A stretch of DNA of 64,000 nucleotides. Origin: Deltaproteobacteria bacterium (lineage in GTDB: Bacteria > JADJOY01). Position numbers and translations under genes: made by a program. The first letter of the stretch is position 1; every line of letters starts with the position of its first letter. The notes below the pieces were generated by a model. It did not search any database. It saw nothing but the letters and a program-made list of their open reading frames with translations, and was not told the origin of the DNA. Where the stretch lies: positions 212,580-276,579 of the forward strand of contig JADJOY010000008.1 of assembly GCA_016713535.1 (NCBI GenBank), given 5' to 3'. Positions 1 through 8,357 of the stretch are shown in pieces.

Positions 1-501
1 CGCGGGTCACGCGCACCGCCTTGTCGCCGCTCATCACCACCGCGCGCGCGACGGTCACCACCGGCATGCCGAGGAGCTCGCCGAGGAGCGCGGGCACCAC
101 GCCCTGGTCGTCGTCGGAGGCCTGGCGTCCGCACAGGATGAGGTCCGCGCCGCCGGTCTTGGTGACGTAGGCGGCGAGCAGCTTGGCGATCGCGGCGAGG
201 TCGAGCGAGGCCGCGTCGACCTGCACGTGGCCGGTCTCGTCGGCGCCGAGCGCTGCCGCCTGGCGCAGGATGCTCGCCGGGTCGGTGCCGGCCGAGACCA
301 CCGCGAGCTTCGCGGCGAGGCCGCTATCCTTCAGCCGCAGCGCGGCCTCGATGGCCTGCTCGTCGTAGGCGTTCATGAGCCGCGGGATCGCGGTCTGGGT
401 GAGGGTCTTGCCGTCGGCGCCGATCTGCAACCCGCCCGCGAGGGCGTAGTTGTTGACGGCGTCGGGATCGAGGACTTCCTTCGCGCAGACTACGATCCGC
501 A
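1..501 (-). CDS. etfB: Electron transfer flavoprotein beta subunit (EtfB), partial; the C-terminus runs off the window start
   Basis: Reverse translation from the ATG at 499-501 gives MRIVVCAKEVLDPDAVNNYALAGGLQIGADGKTLTQTAIPRLMNAYDEQAIEAALRLKDSG..., a typical EtfB N-terminus. It is absent from the ORF track because the frame leaves the window. Confidence 0.8.
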
Positions 502-513
502 TTCGTTCGCTCC

Positions 514-545
514 TCGGGCGGGGGTGAACCCCGCCCCTACGACAG
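514..545. repeat. REP-like GC palindrome with flanking CTAC(G) (gggcggggg-tgaa-ccccgccc-ctacg)
   Basis: Perfect stem-loop followed by CTACG. It belongs to a family seen at >=9 intergenic sites in this window. Confidence 0.6.
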
Positions 546-562
546 CACTCGATCGGCCGAGG

Positions 563-865
563 TCAGGGACGCCCCGGGACGCGGTTGGGTTCGTCCACCA
601 GGAACACGCTGCCCGACTCGCACCACACGCACTCGTCGGCGTAGTTGTCGGGCTTGCGCTCGAGGTCTTTGAGCAGGTACCAGCGCCACGGTGGGTCGCC
701 GTGGTCGACAAACTCGCCGCTCAGCGTGCCGGTGAACTCCTGGCGGCCCGCGTAGCGAGTGCCCAGGATCGGGCCGCCGCCATCGCACTCGGCGCGCTTG
801 CCGGCAACGCTCGCGTCGAAGCCGGGCACGGCCCGGTCCGTCGTGGGCTTGGACGACTCGTCCAC
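563..865 (-). CDS. Small hypothetical protein (100 aa) with a CVWC motif, immediately downstream of the NMO gene
   Basis: The ORF has a diverse amino-acid composition (W, Y, F, K), unlike the R/A/G-rich antisense ORFs. It is adjacent to, and co-oriented with, the upstream gene. Confidence 0.35.
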   Translation of the reverse strand: MDESSKPTTDRAVPGFDASVAGKRAECDGGGPILGTRYAGRQEFTGTLSGEFVDHGDPPWRWYLLKDLERKPDNYADECVWCESGSVFLVDEPNRVPGRP

Positions 866-867
866 GT

Positions 868-1965
868 TCAGTCGTCGCCGGTCAGGTTCTCGAACGTGGT
901 GAGCGCTTCGTCGACCACGTCCATGACGATCTGGCGAGCGGGCTTCATGGCGGTCACGAAGCTCACGCCCTGGCCGGCCGCCTCGGTCATGAGGTCACCG
1001 CGGCGGTTGTCGTTGGCGCCCTGGATGTATGGCGAGCTGAGCAGCATCTGGTAGGGGGCGGGCAGGGGCGCGGGCGCCTCGGGCTTCTTCCACTCGGTGG
1101 TCCAGGGACACTTGAGCACGCGCATGGTCATGCCGGAGATCGACTTCGAGAAGTCGGTGTCCTCGGCCGTCGAGGCGATGAGGCGCTCCTTGATGATCAT
1201 GTCGACGTCGCTCTCGCGCGACGCGAGCCACAACGTACCCGTCCACACGCCCGCGGCGCCGAGGCAGAGCGCCGCCGCCAGGTGGCGGCCGGTGGTGACG
1301 CCGCCCGCGGCGATGACGGGCTTGCCCTGCGCGATCGACACCACCTCGGGGACGATGCTGAAGGTGCCCATCTCGCCGGTGTGGCCGGCGGCGTCGAAGC
1401 CCTGCGCGATGATGCCGTCCACGCCCGCCTCGATCTCGCGCTTGGCCTGGCGGGTCTTGCCGACCAGCCCGAACACCTTGATGCCGCGCGCGTGCGCCGC
1501 GTCGAGGATGAAGGCCGGGTTGCCGAGGCCCGAGGCCAGGAGCGGCACGCGCTCCTCGAGCAGCACCTCGAGCTGGGCGCGCGCCATCTGCTGGTTGAGG
1601 CCACCCCACTGGTGCAACGCTTCCTTCCCCTTGGGCTCGGGCACGTCGTACTTCTTGTGGATCATGTCAGCGTAGTCGCGGTGACCCTGCGGGATCTTCG
1701 ACTTGAGCTCGTCGAGGCCGCCCGCGGGCGGCACCGAGGCGGGCAGCACCAGGTCCACTCCGAACGGCTTCGTGCCGATGCGATCACGGATCCACTTGAG
1801 GTCGGCCGCGATCTCGTCGGGCGTGTGCATCGCCTCGCCGAGCACCGAGAAGCCACCGGCGTTGGTGACGGCCACCACCACGTCCTTGCAGTGAGTGAAG
1901 GCGATGATCGGGTACTCGATCCCGAACATTTCGCAGAACGGGGTGTGGAGCGGATTCTTCGCCAT
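868..1965 (-). CDS. Nitronate monooxygenase / 2-nitropropane dioxygenase family (NMO, FMN-dependent) oxidoreductase
   Basis: Translation from the internal Met (MAKNPLHTPFCEMFGIEYPIIAF...GGVTTGRHLAAALCLGAAGVWTGTLWLASRES...) matches the NMO/enoyl-reductase-II TIM-barrel family. The upstream 40 codons of the longest ORF are low-complexity and discounted. Confidence 0.8.
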   Translation of the reverse strand: MAKNPLHTPFCEMFGIEYPIIAFTHCKDVVVAVTNAGGFSVLGEAMHTPDEIAADLKWIRDRIGTKPFGVDLVLPASVPPAGGLDELKSKIPQGHRDYADMIHKKYDVPEPKGKEALHQWGGLNQQMARAQLEVLLEERVPLLASGLGNPAFILDAAHARGIKVFGLVGKTRQAKREIEAGVDGIIAQGFDAAGHTGEMGTFSIVPEVVSIAQGKPVIAAGGVTTGRHLAAALCLGAAGVWTGTLWLASRESDVDMIIKERLIASTAEDTDFSKSISGMTMRVLKCPWTTEWKKPEAPAPLPAPYQMLLSSPYIQGANDNRRGDLMTEAAGQGVSFVTAMKPARQIVMDVVDEALTTFENLTGDD

Positions 1966-2077
1966 CGCGGTGGTCTCCGGGCCGGGAACGCGGGTGGGAC
2001 GCCTTCGCTTCAGGGGCGAAAACCGCGCGGATCGAAGCGCCGAGGAGACGCCGAGCCGAGCCGGTTTCCATCCAAAA

Positions 2078-2091
2078 TGAAACATGTTCTA
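2078..2091. promoter_or_regulatory. KstR-type operator TGAAACATGTTCTA (TnnAACnnGTTnnA) in the divergent NMO / P450 intergenic region
   Basis: Exact match to the 14-bp palindromic KstR consensus, recalled from mycobacterial cholesterol-regulon work. It sits between divergently transcribed catabolic genes. Confidence 0.6.
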
Positions 2092-3316
2092 CTTGGGCCG
2101 TCAAGGCGCGAAATCCCCTGGTTTCGCGGCATTCGGAGGGTTCGGCGTGCTCGATTTCGATCCGTTCGACCCCGCCGTGATCCGCGACCCGTACCCCTGG
2201 TACGCGCGCCTGCGCGAGGAGGCGCCGCTTCACCACGTGGCGTCGCGGAACTACTGGGTGCTGACGCGCTACGCGGACGTCCGCGAGGCGTTCCGCGACC
2301 ACGAGACCTTCTCCTCCGCCCACGGAAACAGCCCCGAGCCCGGTTTCCAGCCCGGGCTCATCGCCACCGACCCGCCCAAGCACACACGGCTCCGCCGGAT
2401 CGTGCAGGCGGTGTTCACGCGGCGCGCGATCGAGGAGTCGTGGGGGGCGCGGATCCGGGCGATCTGCGAGGAGCTGATCGCGCCGTTGCTCGACGGCGAG
2501 CCGTTCGAGGCGTTCCGACGCCTCACGCTGCCGCTGCCGGTGCAGGTGGTCGTCGAGATGCTCGGCATCCCCGACGGCGACCTCGCCCAGTTCAAGGCCT
2601 GGTCGGACCACATGGTGGAGGGGGTGAGCCAGCACCTCGACGCCGACGTCCAGCGCCGCACCGCCGAGGCGTTCAAGGGGCTCAACGACTACTTTCACGA
2701 CAAGGTCCGCGAGCGCCGCACCGGCTCGGGCACCGACCTCATCACCCGCGTCGCCCAGGCGGGCGAGGGCGAGGCGCTCACCGACAAGGAAGCCTCGCAC
2801 TTCTGCATCTTGCTGCTCATCGCGGGGAACGAGACCACCACCAATCTGCTCGGCAACGCGCTGCTGGCGCTGATGGAGAATCCGGCCGAGCTGGCGAAGC
2901 TGCGCGAGCGGCGCGCGGAGCTCTTGCCGGGCGCCGTCGAGGAGATGCTGCGCTTCGGGCCGCCGTCGAAGTGCTTTTTCCGCCACACCACGCGCCCCGT
3001 CGAGATCCACGGGCAGACCATCCCCGACGGGGTGCGGGTGATGCTGACGATAGCTGCCGGCAACCGCGATCCGCGCGCGTTCCCCGAGCCGGACGCCTTC
3101 CGCGTCGACCGCGTCACCGACAACGACCACCTGTCGTTCGGCAGCGGCATCCACCACTGCCTGGGCTCGATGCTGGCGCGTCTCGAGACCGTCACCTTCT
3201 TCGACGTGCTGCTGGCGCGCGCGCGGGCGCTCGAGCCGTGCGGCGAGGCGCGGCTGGTCCACAACGTGATCGTCCGCGGTCCCGACCACCTGCCGATGCG
3301 GCTGGTGGTGGCGTGA
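2084..3316 (+). CDS. Cytochrome P450 monooxygenase
   Basis: Carries the FGSGIHHCLG heme-binding Cys loop, AGNETT I-helix and EEMLRF K-helix motifs. The true start may be the downstream GTG (about 2147). Confidence 0.85.
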   Translation: MFYLGRQGAKSPGFAAFGGFGVLDFDPFDPAVIRDPYPWYARLREEAPLHHVASRNYWVLTRYADVREAFRDHETFSSAHGNSPEPGFQPGLIATDPPKHTRLRRIVQAVFTRRAIEESWGARIRAICEELIAPLLDGEPFEAFRRLTLPLPVQVVVEMLGIPDGDLAQFKAWSDHMVEGVSQHLDADVQRRTAEAFKGLNDYFHDKVRERRTGSGTDLITRVAQAGEGEALTDKEASHFCILLLIAGNETTTNLLGNALLALMENPAELAKLRERRAELLPGAVEEMLRFGPPSKCFFRHTTRPVEIHGQTIPDGVRVMLTIAAGNRDPRAFPEPDAFRVDRVTDNDHLSFGSGIHHCLGSMLARLETVTFFDVLLARARALEPCGEARLVHNVIVRGPDHLPMRLVVA

Positions 3317-3337
3317 TGGGGCGTCACGGCCGCAGCG

Positions 3338-3432
3338 CGGGCGGGGATGAACCCCGCCCCTACGGTTCGGCGCGCCGCCGGAACGTCTCCGACCCCGCGA
3401 TCGTAGGGGCGGGCCCTGCGCCCGCCCGAATC
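3338..3432. repeat. REPIN-like doublet: two inverted REP palindromes (ggcgggg-atgaa-ccccgccc-CTACg ... cGTAG-gggcggg-ccctgc-gcccgccc)
   Basis: Two GC palindromes in opposite orientation, each flanked by GTAG/CTAC, lie between the P450 stop and the CMD gene start. Confidence 0.6.
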
Positions 3433-3445
3433 CGAGGAGCATTCG

Positions 3446-3802
3446 ATGCCATCCGAGAAGTTCGAGAAGGGCGCGAAGGTGTTCGAGGAGGTGATCGGCT
3501 TCCGCCCCCCCGAGGAGGGGCCGGCCTTCCTCAAGCTCACGATCGAGAACCTGTTCGCCGACGTGTGGGCGCGCGAAGGGCTGTCGATCCGCGACCGGCG
3601 CCTCATCACCCTCACGATCCTCCTCACGCAGATGAAGGAGGAGTCGCTGGCGCTTCACCTGCGCCAGGCGCTGAAGGGTGACCTGACCAAGAAGGAGCTC
3701 TCCGAGCTCATGATCCACGTGGCGCACTACGCGGGCTGGCCGGTCGGCCAGCTCGGCTTCGATACGTTGATGAAGACCCTCGCCGAGACGAAGAAGCCGT
3801 AG
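3446..3802 (+). CDS. Carboxymuconolactone decarboxylase (CMD/AhpD-like) family protein
   Basis: 118 aa: ...LKLTIENLFADVWAREGLSIRDRRLITLTILLTQ...HVAHYAGWP, which fits the CMD family. Confidence 0.7.
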   Translation: MPSEKFEKGAKVFEEVIGFRPPEEGPAFLKLTIENLFADVWAREGLSIRDRRLITLTILLTQMKEESLALHLRQALKGDLTKKELSELMIHVAHYAGWPVGQLGFDTLMKTLAETKKP

Positions 3803-3857
3803 CGGCGGGGCCTGTCCCCGCCCGAAGCTCCCGCCCACCGCAGAACGGAACCCGAGA

Positions 3858-5975
3858 ATGGAAGCGACTCGACAGATCTACTGGAACATCGCCTTCGGCA
3901 TGGCGATCTACGGTCTCGCCGCGGTCGCGGTGGGCTTCGCGGCTCGCGGAGTCTTCCGGCGCGTCCAGCTCTGGAAGCTCGGCGGCGCCGCGCTCCGCAC
4001 CGACCGCATGGGCGAGCGCGCCCGCGGTCTGGTCGCCGAGATCTTCGGCCATCGCCGGCTGCTGCGCGACCCGGTACCCGGCGTGGCGCACCTCTTTGTC
4101 TTCTACGGCTTCCTGGTCGAGCTGATCGCCACCGGCATGATCGCGGTCCAGGAGTGGACCGGCATCCACTATCTGAAGGGTCCGCTCTACCTCGGCTACT
4201 CGCTGGTGAGCGACGTGTTCGGGCTGCTCGGCCTCGTGGGCTGCGGGATCTTCCTTTGGCGGCGCGGGGTCCAGAAGGTGCCGCGCCTTCACACCGTGAC
4301 CGACGACTGGATCGCCATCGGGCTCTTGGCGCTGGTGTTCGCGCAGGGCTTCGTCGTCGAGGGCTTCCGCATCGCGGCCACCGAGCTGCGCCAGAACCCG
4401 GGGCTCGCGGTGTGGTCGCCGGGCGGCTTCCTGGTGGCGAAGGCGGTCTCCGGCCTGAGCGAGGGTGCGCTGCACGCGGTCCATCGCGGTGTGTGGTGGT
4501 TCCACGCGTTCACCGCGTTCGGGCTGCTCGGCTACATGGCGTACGGCAAGTTCAACCACATCTGGTTCGGCACCGCGAACATCCTGCTCCGCAACCTCGA
4601 GCCGAGCGGCAAGCTCGGCCACTTCGACATCGACAAGGCCCTCGAGAGCGACCCCGACGGCGACGTCGTGCTCGGCACCAGTCAGATCGAGCAGTACCCG
4701 TGGAAGAGTCTCCTGGACCTCGACGCCTGCATGAACTGCGGGCGCTGCGAGGCCGTGTGCCCGGCAAGCCAGAGCGGAGTGCCGCTGTCGCCGCGCAAGC
4801 TCATCCAGGACATGAAGGCTCACCTCACCGAGGTGGGCCCGGCGTCGCTGCTGGCGCGGCTCGCCAAGGGTGAAACGGTCGCTGGAGTCGCCGGTGCCGG
4901 GAACGGTGGGGCCGCCGGCGGGGATGCGGTTGCCGCACGCTCGCCGCTCTTCGGCGACGCGCCCGAGAACGCTACCGACCCGCGCCCCGCGGTCCTCGAG
5001 GTCGAGCTGTGGGGGTGTCGCACCTGCGGTGCCTGCACCCAGGAGTGCCCGGTCTTCATCGAGCACATCCCCAAGATAGTGGACATGCGCCGCCACCTGG
5101 TGATGACCGAGTCCAAGATGAGCGACGCGGCCCAGCTCATGCTCAAGAACATGGACGACCGCATGCACCCGTGGGCGAAGGCGCCCCACAACCGCGACGA
5201 GTGGTACCAGGACCTCGACGTGAAGATCCTCGGCGACGGCGCCACCGCCGAGTACCTCTACTGGGTGGGCTGTACCGGCGCGATGATCGACCGCAACATC
5301 CAGGTGACGCGCGCGATGGTGAAGGTGCTCAAGGCGGCGGGGGTGGACTTCGCGATCCTCGGCTCGGAGGAGGTCTGCACCGGCGACCCGGCGCGGCGCG
5401 TGGGCGGCGAGTTCACGTTCCAGCTCTGCGCCAAGCAGAACATCGAGACGCTCTCGAACTACGGCGTCAAGAAGATCATCACCACCTGCCCGCACTGCTT
5501 CAACAGCTACAAGAACGAGTACCCGGACTTCGGCGGCAACTACGAGGTGGTGCACCACACCCAGCTCATCGAGGAGCTGATCCGCGCCGGCAAGCTCAAG
5601 CTCAAGAGCGGGCTCGAGTCGCTCACCTACCACGACCCCTGCTACCTGGGGCGCCACAACGGTGTGTACGAGGCGCCGCGCGCGGTCCTCGACACCCTCG
5701 CGGCACCCGGCGGGCGGATCGAGATGGAACGCAGCCAGTCGAAGTCGCTCTGTTGTGGTGCGGGCGGCGGTTACGCGTGGATGGACGACGACCCCACCAC
5801 CCGCATCAACCACATGCGGCTCGCCGACGTGAAGGAGTGCGGCGCCAAGACCGCGGCGGTGTCGTGCCCGTTCTGCATGCAGATGTTCGACGACGCGCTC
5901 AAGACGCTCGATCCCGGCAAGACCATCCGCGCCGCGGACATCGCCGAGCTGGTGGCGGAGGCGCTCGAGGCGTGA
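3858..5975 (+). CDS. Membrane-bound Fe-S oxidoreductase, EtfD-like. It has an N-terminal NarI/HdrE-like transmembrane domain, 4Fe-4S ferredoxin motifs and two CCG (Cys-rich) domains
   Basis: N-terminal TM helices; CMNCGRCEAVCP and CRTCGACTQECP ferredoxin motifs; two CCG-type Cys-rich segments (CTGDP...TTCPHCFNS and CYLGRHN...CCGAGGG...SCPFCMQM). The architecture matches mycobacterial Rv0338c (EtfD). Confidence 0.8.
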   Translation: MEATRQIYWNIAFGMAIYGLAAVAVGFAARGVFRRVQLWKLGGAALRTDRMGERARGLVAEIFGHRRLLRDPVPGVAHLFVFYGFLVELIATGMIAVQEWTGIHYLKGPLYLGYSLVSDVFGLLGLVGCGIFLWRRGVQKVPRLHTVTDDWIAIGLLALVFAQGFVVEGFRIAATELRQNPGLAVWSPGGFLVAKAVSGLSEGALHAVHRGVWWFHAFTAFGLLGYMAYGKFNHIWFGTANILLRNLEPSGKLGHFDIDKALESDPDGDVVLGTSQIEQYPWKSLLDLDACMNCGRCEAVCPASQSGVPLSPRKLIQDMKAHLTEVGPASLLARLAKGETVAGVAGAGNGGAAGGDAVAARSPLFGDAPENATDPRPAVLEVELWGCRTCGACTQECPVFIEHIPKIVDMRRHLVMTESKMSDAAQLMLKNMDDRMHPWAKAPHNRDEWYQDLDVKILGDGATAEYLYWVGCTGAMIDRNIQVTRAMVKVLKAAGVDFAILGSEEVCTGDPARRVGGEFTFQLCAKQNIETLSNYGVKKIITTCPHCFNSYKNEYPDFGGNYEVVHHTQLIEELIRAGKLKLKSGLESLTYHDPCYLGRHNGVYEAPRAVLDTLAAPGGRIEMERSQSKSLCCGAGGGYAWMDDDPTTRINHMRLADVKECGAKTAAVSCPFCMQMFDDALKTLDPGKTIRAADIAELVAEALEA

Positions 5976-6394
5976 GCGCCACGGTGGAGGAGCGTCTCGC
6001 GCGGCTCGAGGACCTGGAAGTGATCCGCGACCTCGCGCGCCGCTACGCCGACGCGGTGTGGCGGCGCGACGTCGAGGGCGCGATCGCGCTCTTCACCGAG
6101 GACGGCGTGATGGACACCGGCGATCGCCCGCCCATCCGTGGGCGCGCCGCGCTCGGCGAGGCCTATCGCGCGATGGTGGGCGGCGCGAACGAGTTCCTGC
6201 CGTTCGTGGCCAACCACGTGATCGACCTCGACGGCGATCGCGCTACGGGCCGCTGCTACCTCGACCTGCGCGCCACCGTGGCGGGCGAGCGCCGGATCGG
6301 CGGTGGCCACTACGAAGACGTGTACAGGCGCACGACGGGCGGCTGGCGCTTCGCTGCGCGCAAGCTCGTGCTGCGCTTCCTCGCGCCCTACTGA
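5972..6394 (+). CDS. SnoaL-like / NTF2-like (ketosteroid-isomerase fold) protein
   Basis: The GTG start overlaps the upstream stop (GTGA). The sequence ...IRDLARRYADAVWRRDVEGAIALFTEDGVMDTGD...GGWRFAARKLVLRFL is an NTF2-like pattern. Confidence 0.6.
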   Translation: MSATVEERLARLEDLEVIRDLARRYADAVWRRDVEGAIALFTEDGVMDTGDRPPIRGRAALGEAYRAMVGGANEFLPFVANHVIDLDGDRATGRCYLDLRATVAGERRIGGGHYEDVYRRTTGGWRFAARKLVLRFLAPY

Positions 6395-6447
6395 GCGCGG
6401 GCGAGCTGGCGAGAGCCCCGACACACCCACGCGTCACGTGGAGGACC

Positions 6448-6612
6448 GTGTAGGGGCGGCCGCAAGGCCGCCCGCGATCGGGATCGGGATCGCCGGGGCT
6501 ACGACTGCGGGCGCCGATCAACGCCCGAGAAATCGGGCGGGCGTGAAGCCGCCCCTGCAAACCCATGCGGTTACCCGACGGGAGCGTAGGGGCGGCCGTG
6601 AGCCCGCCCGCG
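6448..6612. repeat. Cluster of three REP-like GC palindromes (tGTAG-gggcggcc-gcaa-ggccgccc; gggcgggc-gtgaa-gccgcccc; cGTAG-gggcgg...cccgccc)
   Basis: It lies in the intergenic region between convergent genes and has the same GTAG + palindrome architecture as the other sites. Confidence 0.55.
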
Positions 6613-6627
6613 GTCCCTCGCGCCGGC

Positions 6628-8303
6628 TCAGGTGAAGTGCCGGGGGAGGTCGCCCAGGGCGTAGCCGACGAAGCGGACGCCGTAGTGGTGGACGAGGTCG
6701 TGGACGGCGGCGAGGTAGGGCAGGCGCTTCTCGATCGCCATCGCGGGTAACCGCTCCGCGAGGCCCCGCGTCAGGGCGAGGGCGCTCTCCGGGCTGGTCG
6801 CCGCGGCGCTCAGGCACGGGTCGAGCGCGGCGCACCAGTGCTCGGATCCCCACGGCTCGACGAGCTCGCTCAGCGCCACCAGCTCGCCCGGCAGCTTCAT
6901 CGCCCAGTGGGTGCGCTCGATCCGATCCTTCGCGAACGCCTCGTTGACTGCCGCGACGTGGTCGCCGCGGCCGAGCTCGGCGGCGGCCGCGCCGAGGGCG
7001 ACGTAGCTTGCGACGGTGCCCGCCTTCGCGGCGCCGAGCTCACCGGCGTGGCGGAGGAACGTCTCGGCCTGCCCGGAAGGCACGAGCGCGTGCGCGGTCT
7101 CGGCGAGACGGTCGAGGTGCTCGCGGCCGAGCGCCGCGAGGATCGGCCCGAGGCGGGCGAGGGTGCCCGCGAAAAGCGGATGGTGCGCTGGCGGCACCCG
7201 TGCCGCCCATTCGCCCACGCCGCTCGTCGCCAGCGCGACCGCCTCCGGGGACCACGCGGCGCAGGTCACGAGCGCGTCGAGCCACGCCGCTGTGGCCTCG
7301 CCATCGCCGAGCAACCGCGCCGTCGAGGCCAGCCCCGCGAGTTGCGGCGCGAGCTCGCCGAGCACGAACGGCACCGCCTCGATCGAGAACTCGCGCACCA
7401 GCCGCGTGAGCTGGGCGACGTAGGCCTCCACGTGGCCGGGGGCGAGCGCGCCGAGCGATGCCACGAGGTTCCCGATCGCCGCGCGGTCGAGGGCGAGCGG
7501 GATCGGCGCGAGCGCGGCGAGGGCCTCGAGGGCCGGGCCGACGAGCAGCGGCTGGCCGCTGGCGAGGGTCGCGAGCGTGTCGGCGAGCGCCACGCTCACC
7601 GACGAGCGGCGTAGCGGCGGCGGCTCGGTGTCGCTGTTCAGGCCGTCGACGAGGGCGCGCGCCAGCTCACCGTGCCCGGCGCCGCACGCGATCTCGACGA
7701 CGCGCACCACGCCCGCGAGCTCGGCGGCGCGCTGCGGAGGGAGCTTCGAGATCGGCCGGTACTCGGCGAGCACCACGAGATCGGCGCCGCCGCCGAGGGC
7801 GCCCCGAACCACCGAGACCGGTGCGTGGTCGGCAAGCTCAGGAGCGACCCAGGTGCGCCCGCGGCGCGGCTCACTCCGCTCGCGTCGGCGCCGCCGACCG
7901 CCGCCGCGGTGCGGGTCAGGCGGCGGCGCTGCGCTCCGTACGGATGATCGAAGGTGAAGAGCTTCCGCTCGAGGACGGCGATCGACTCCACGGCCGCGTC
8001 GGCGCTTTCGCTCGCCGCCAGGACGCGCCCGAGCGCGCGCCACTCGGCGGCGGTCCCGGGGTAGAGCCGGCCGGGCGCCTCGACGATCGCGCGCAGCGCG
8101 TGCAGCACGCGAGATCGACTCGCGGCCTCGGTGAAGCGGCGCTCGAGCTCGCTCACGCACGCGAGCACGGGACCGAGCCGATCGGCGAGAACGGGCTCGA
8201 GCGAGGCGCGATCGATCGTCACGGGCGGGCGCTGGGCGGTCGGAGCCGTCGCGGTGCGTCGCAACGCGCGCGGCCACGTCGGAGGCGGCGCGGAAGATAC
8301 CAC
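6628..8303 (-). CDS. Hypothetical protein (about 555 aa) whose reading frame is broken by an apparent frameshift near 7850-7900
   Basis: The N-terminal 160 aa look protein-like in the frame of ORF 7638..8303 (MVSSAPPPTWPRALRR...LERKLFTFDHPYG...). The remainder looks protein-like in the frame of ORF 6628..8316 (...DLVVLAEYRPISKLPP...VVEIACGAGHGELARAL...HWCAALDPCLSAA...). Each frame degenerates into low-complexity sequence outside its own segment. Confidence 0.4.
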
Positions 8304-8357
8304 GGCACGATCGCACCGCCCGCGCTAGGATCGCGCGCCCCGAGCCGCGGAGCCCCG

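Noticed and set aside
1282-3838. Very long ORFs on both strands (1282..3681 +, 799 aa; 1784..3838 -, 684 aa) overlapping the NMO, P450 and CMD genes
   Set aside because: Arg/Ala/Gly/Pro-dominated low-complexity translations with no motifs. These are typical stop-codon-poor antisense or off-frame ORFs of a roughly 70% GC genome. The real genes here are recognisable in other frames.
3708-5813. 701-aa minus-strand ORF antisense to the EtfD-like gene
   Set aside because: R/A/G/H-rich, and it mirrors the plus-strand gene whose Fe-S and CCG motifs are unambiguous.
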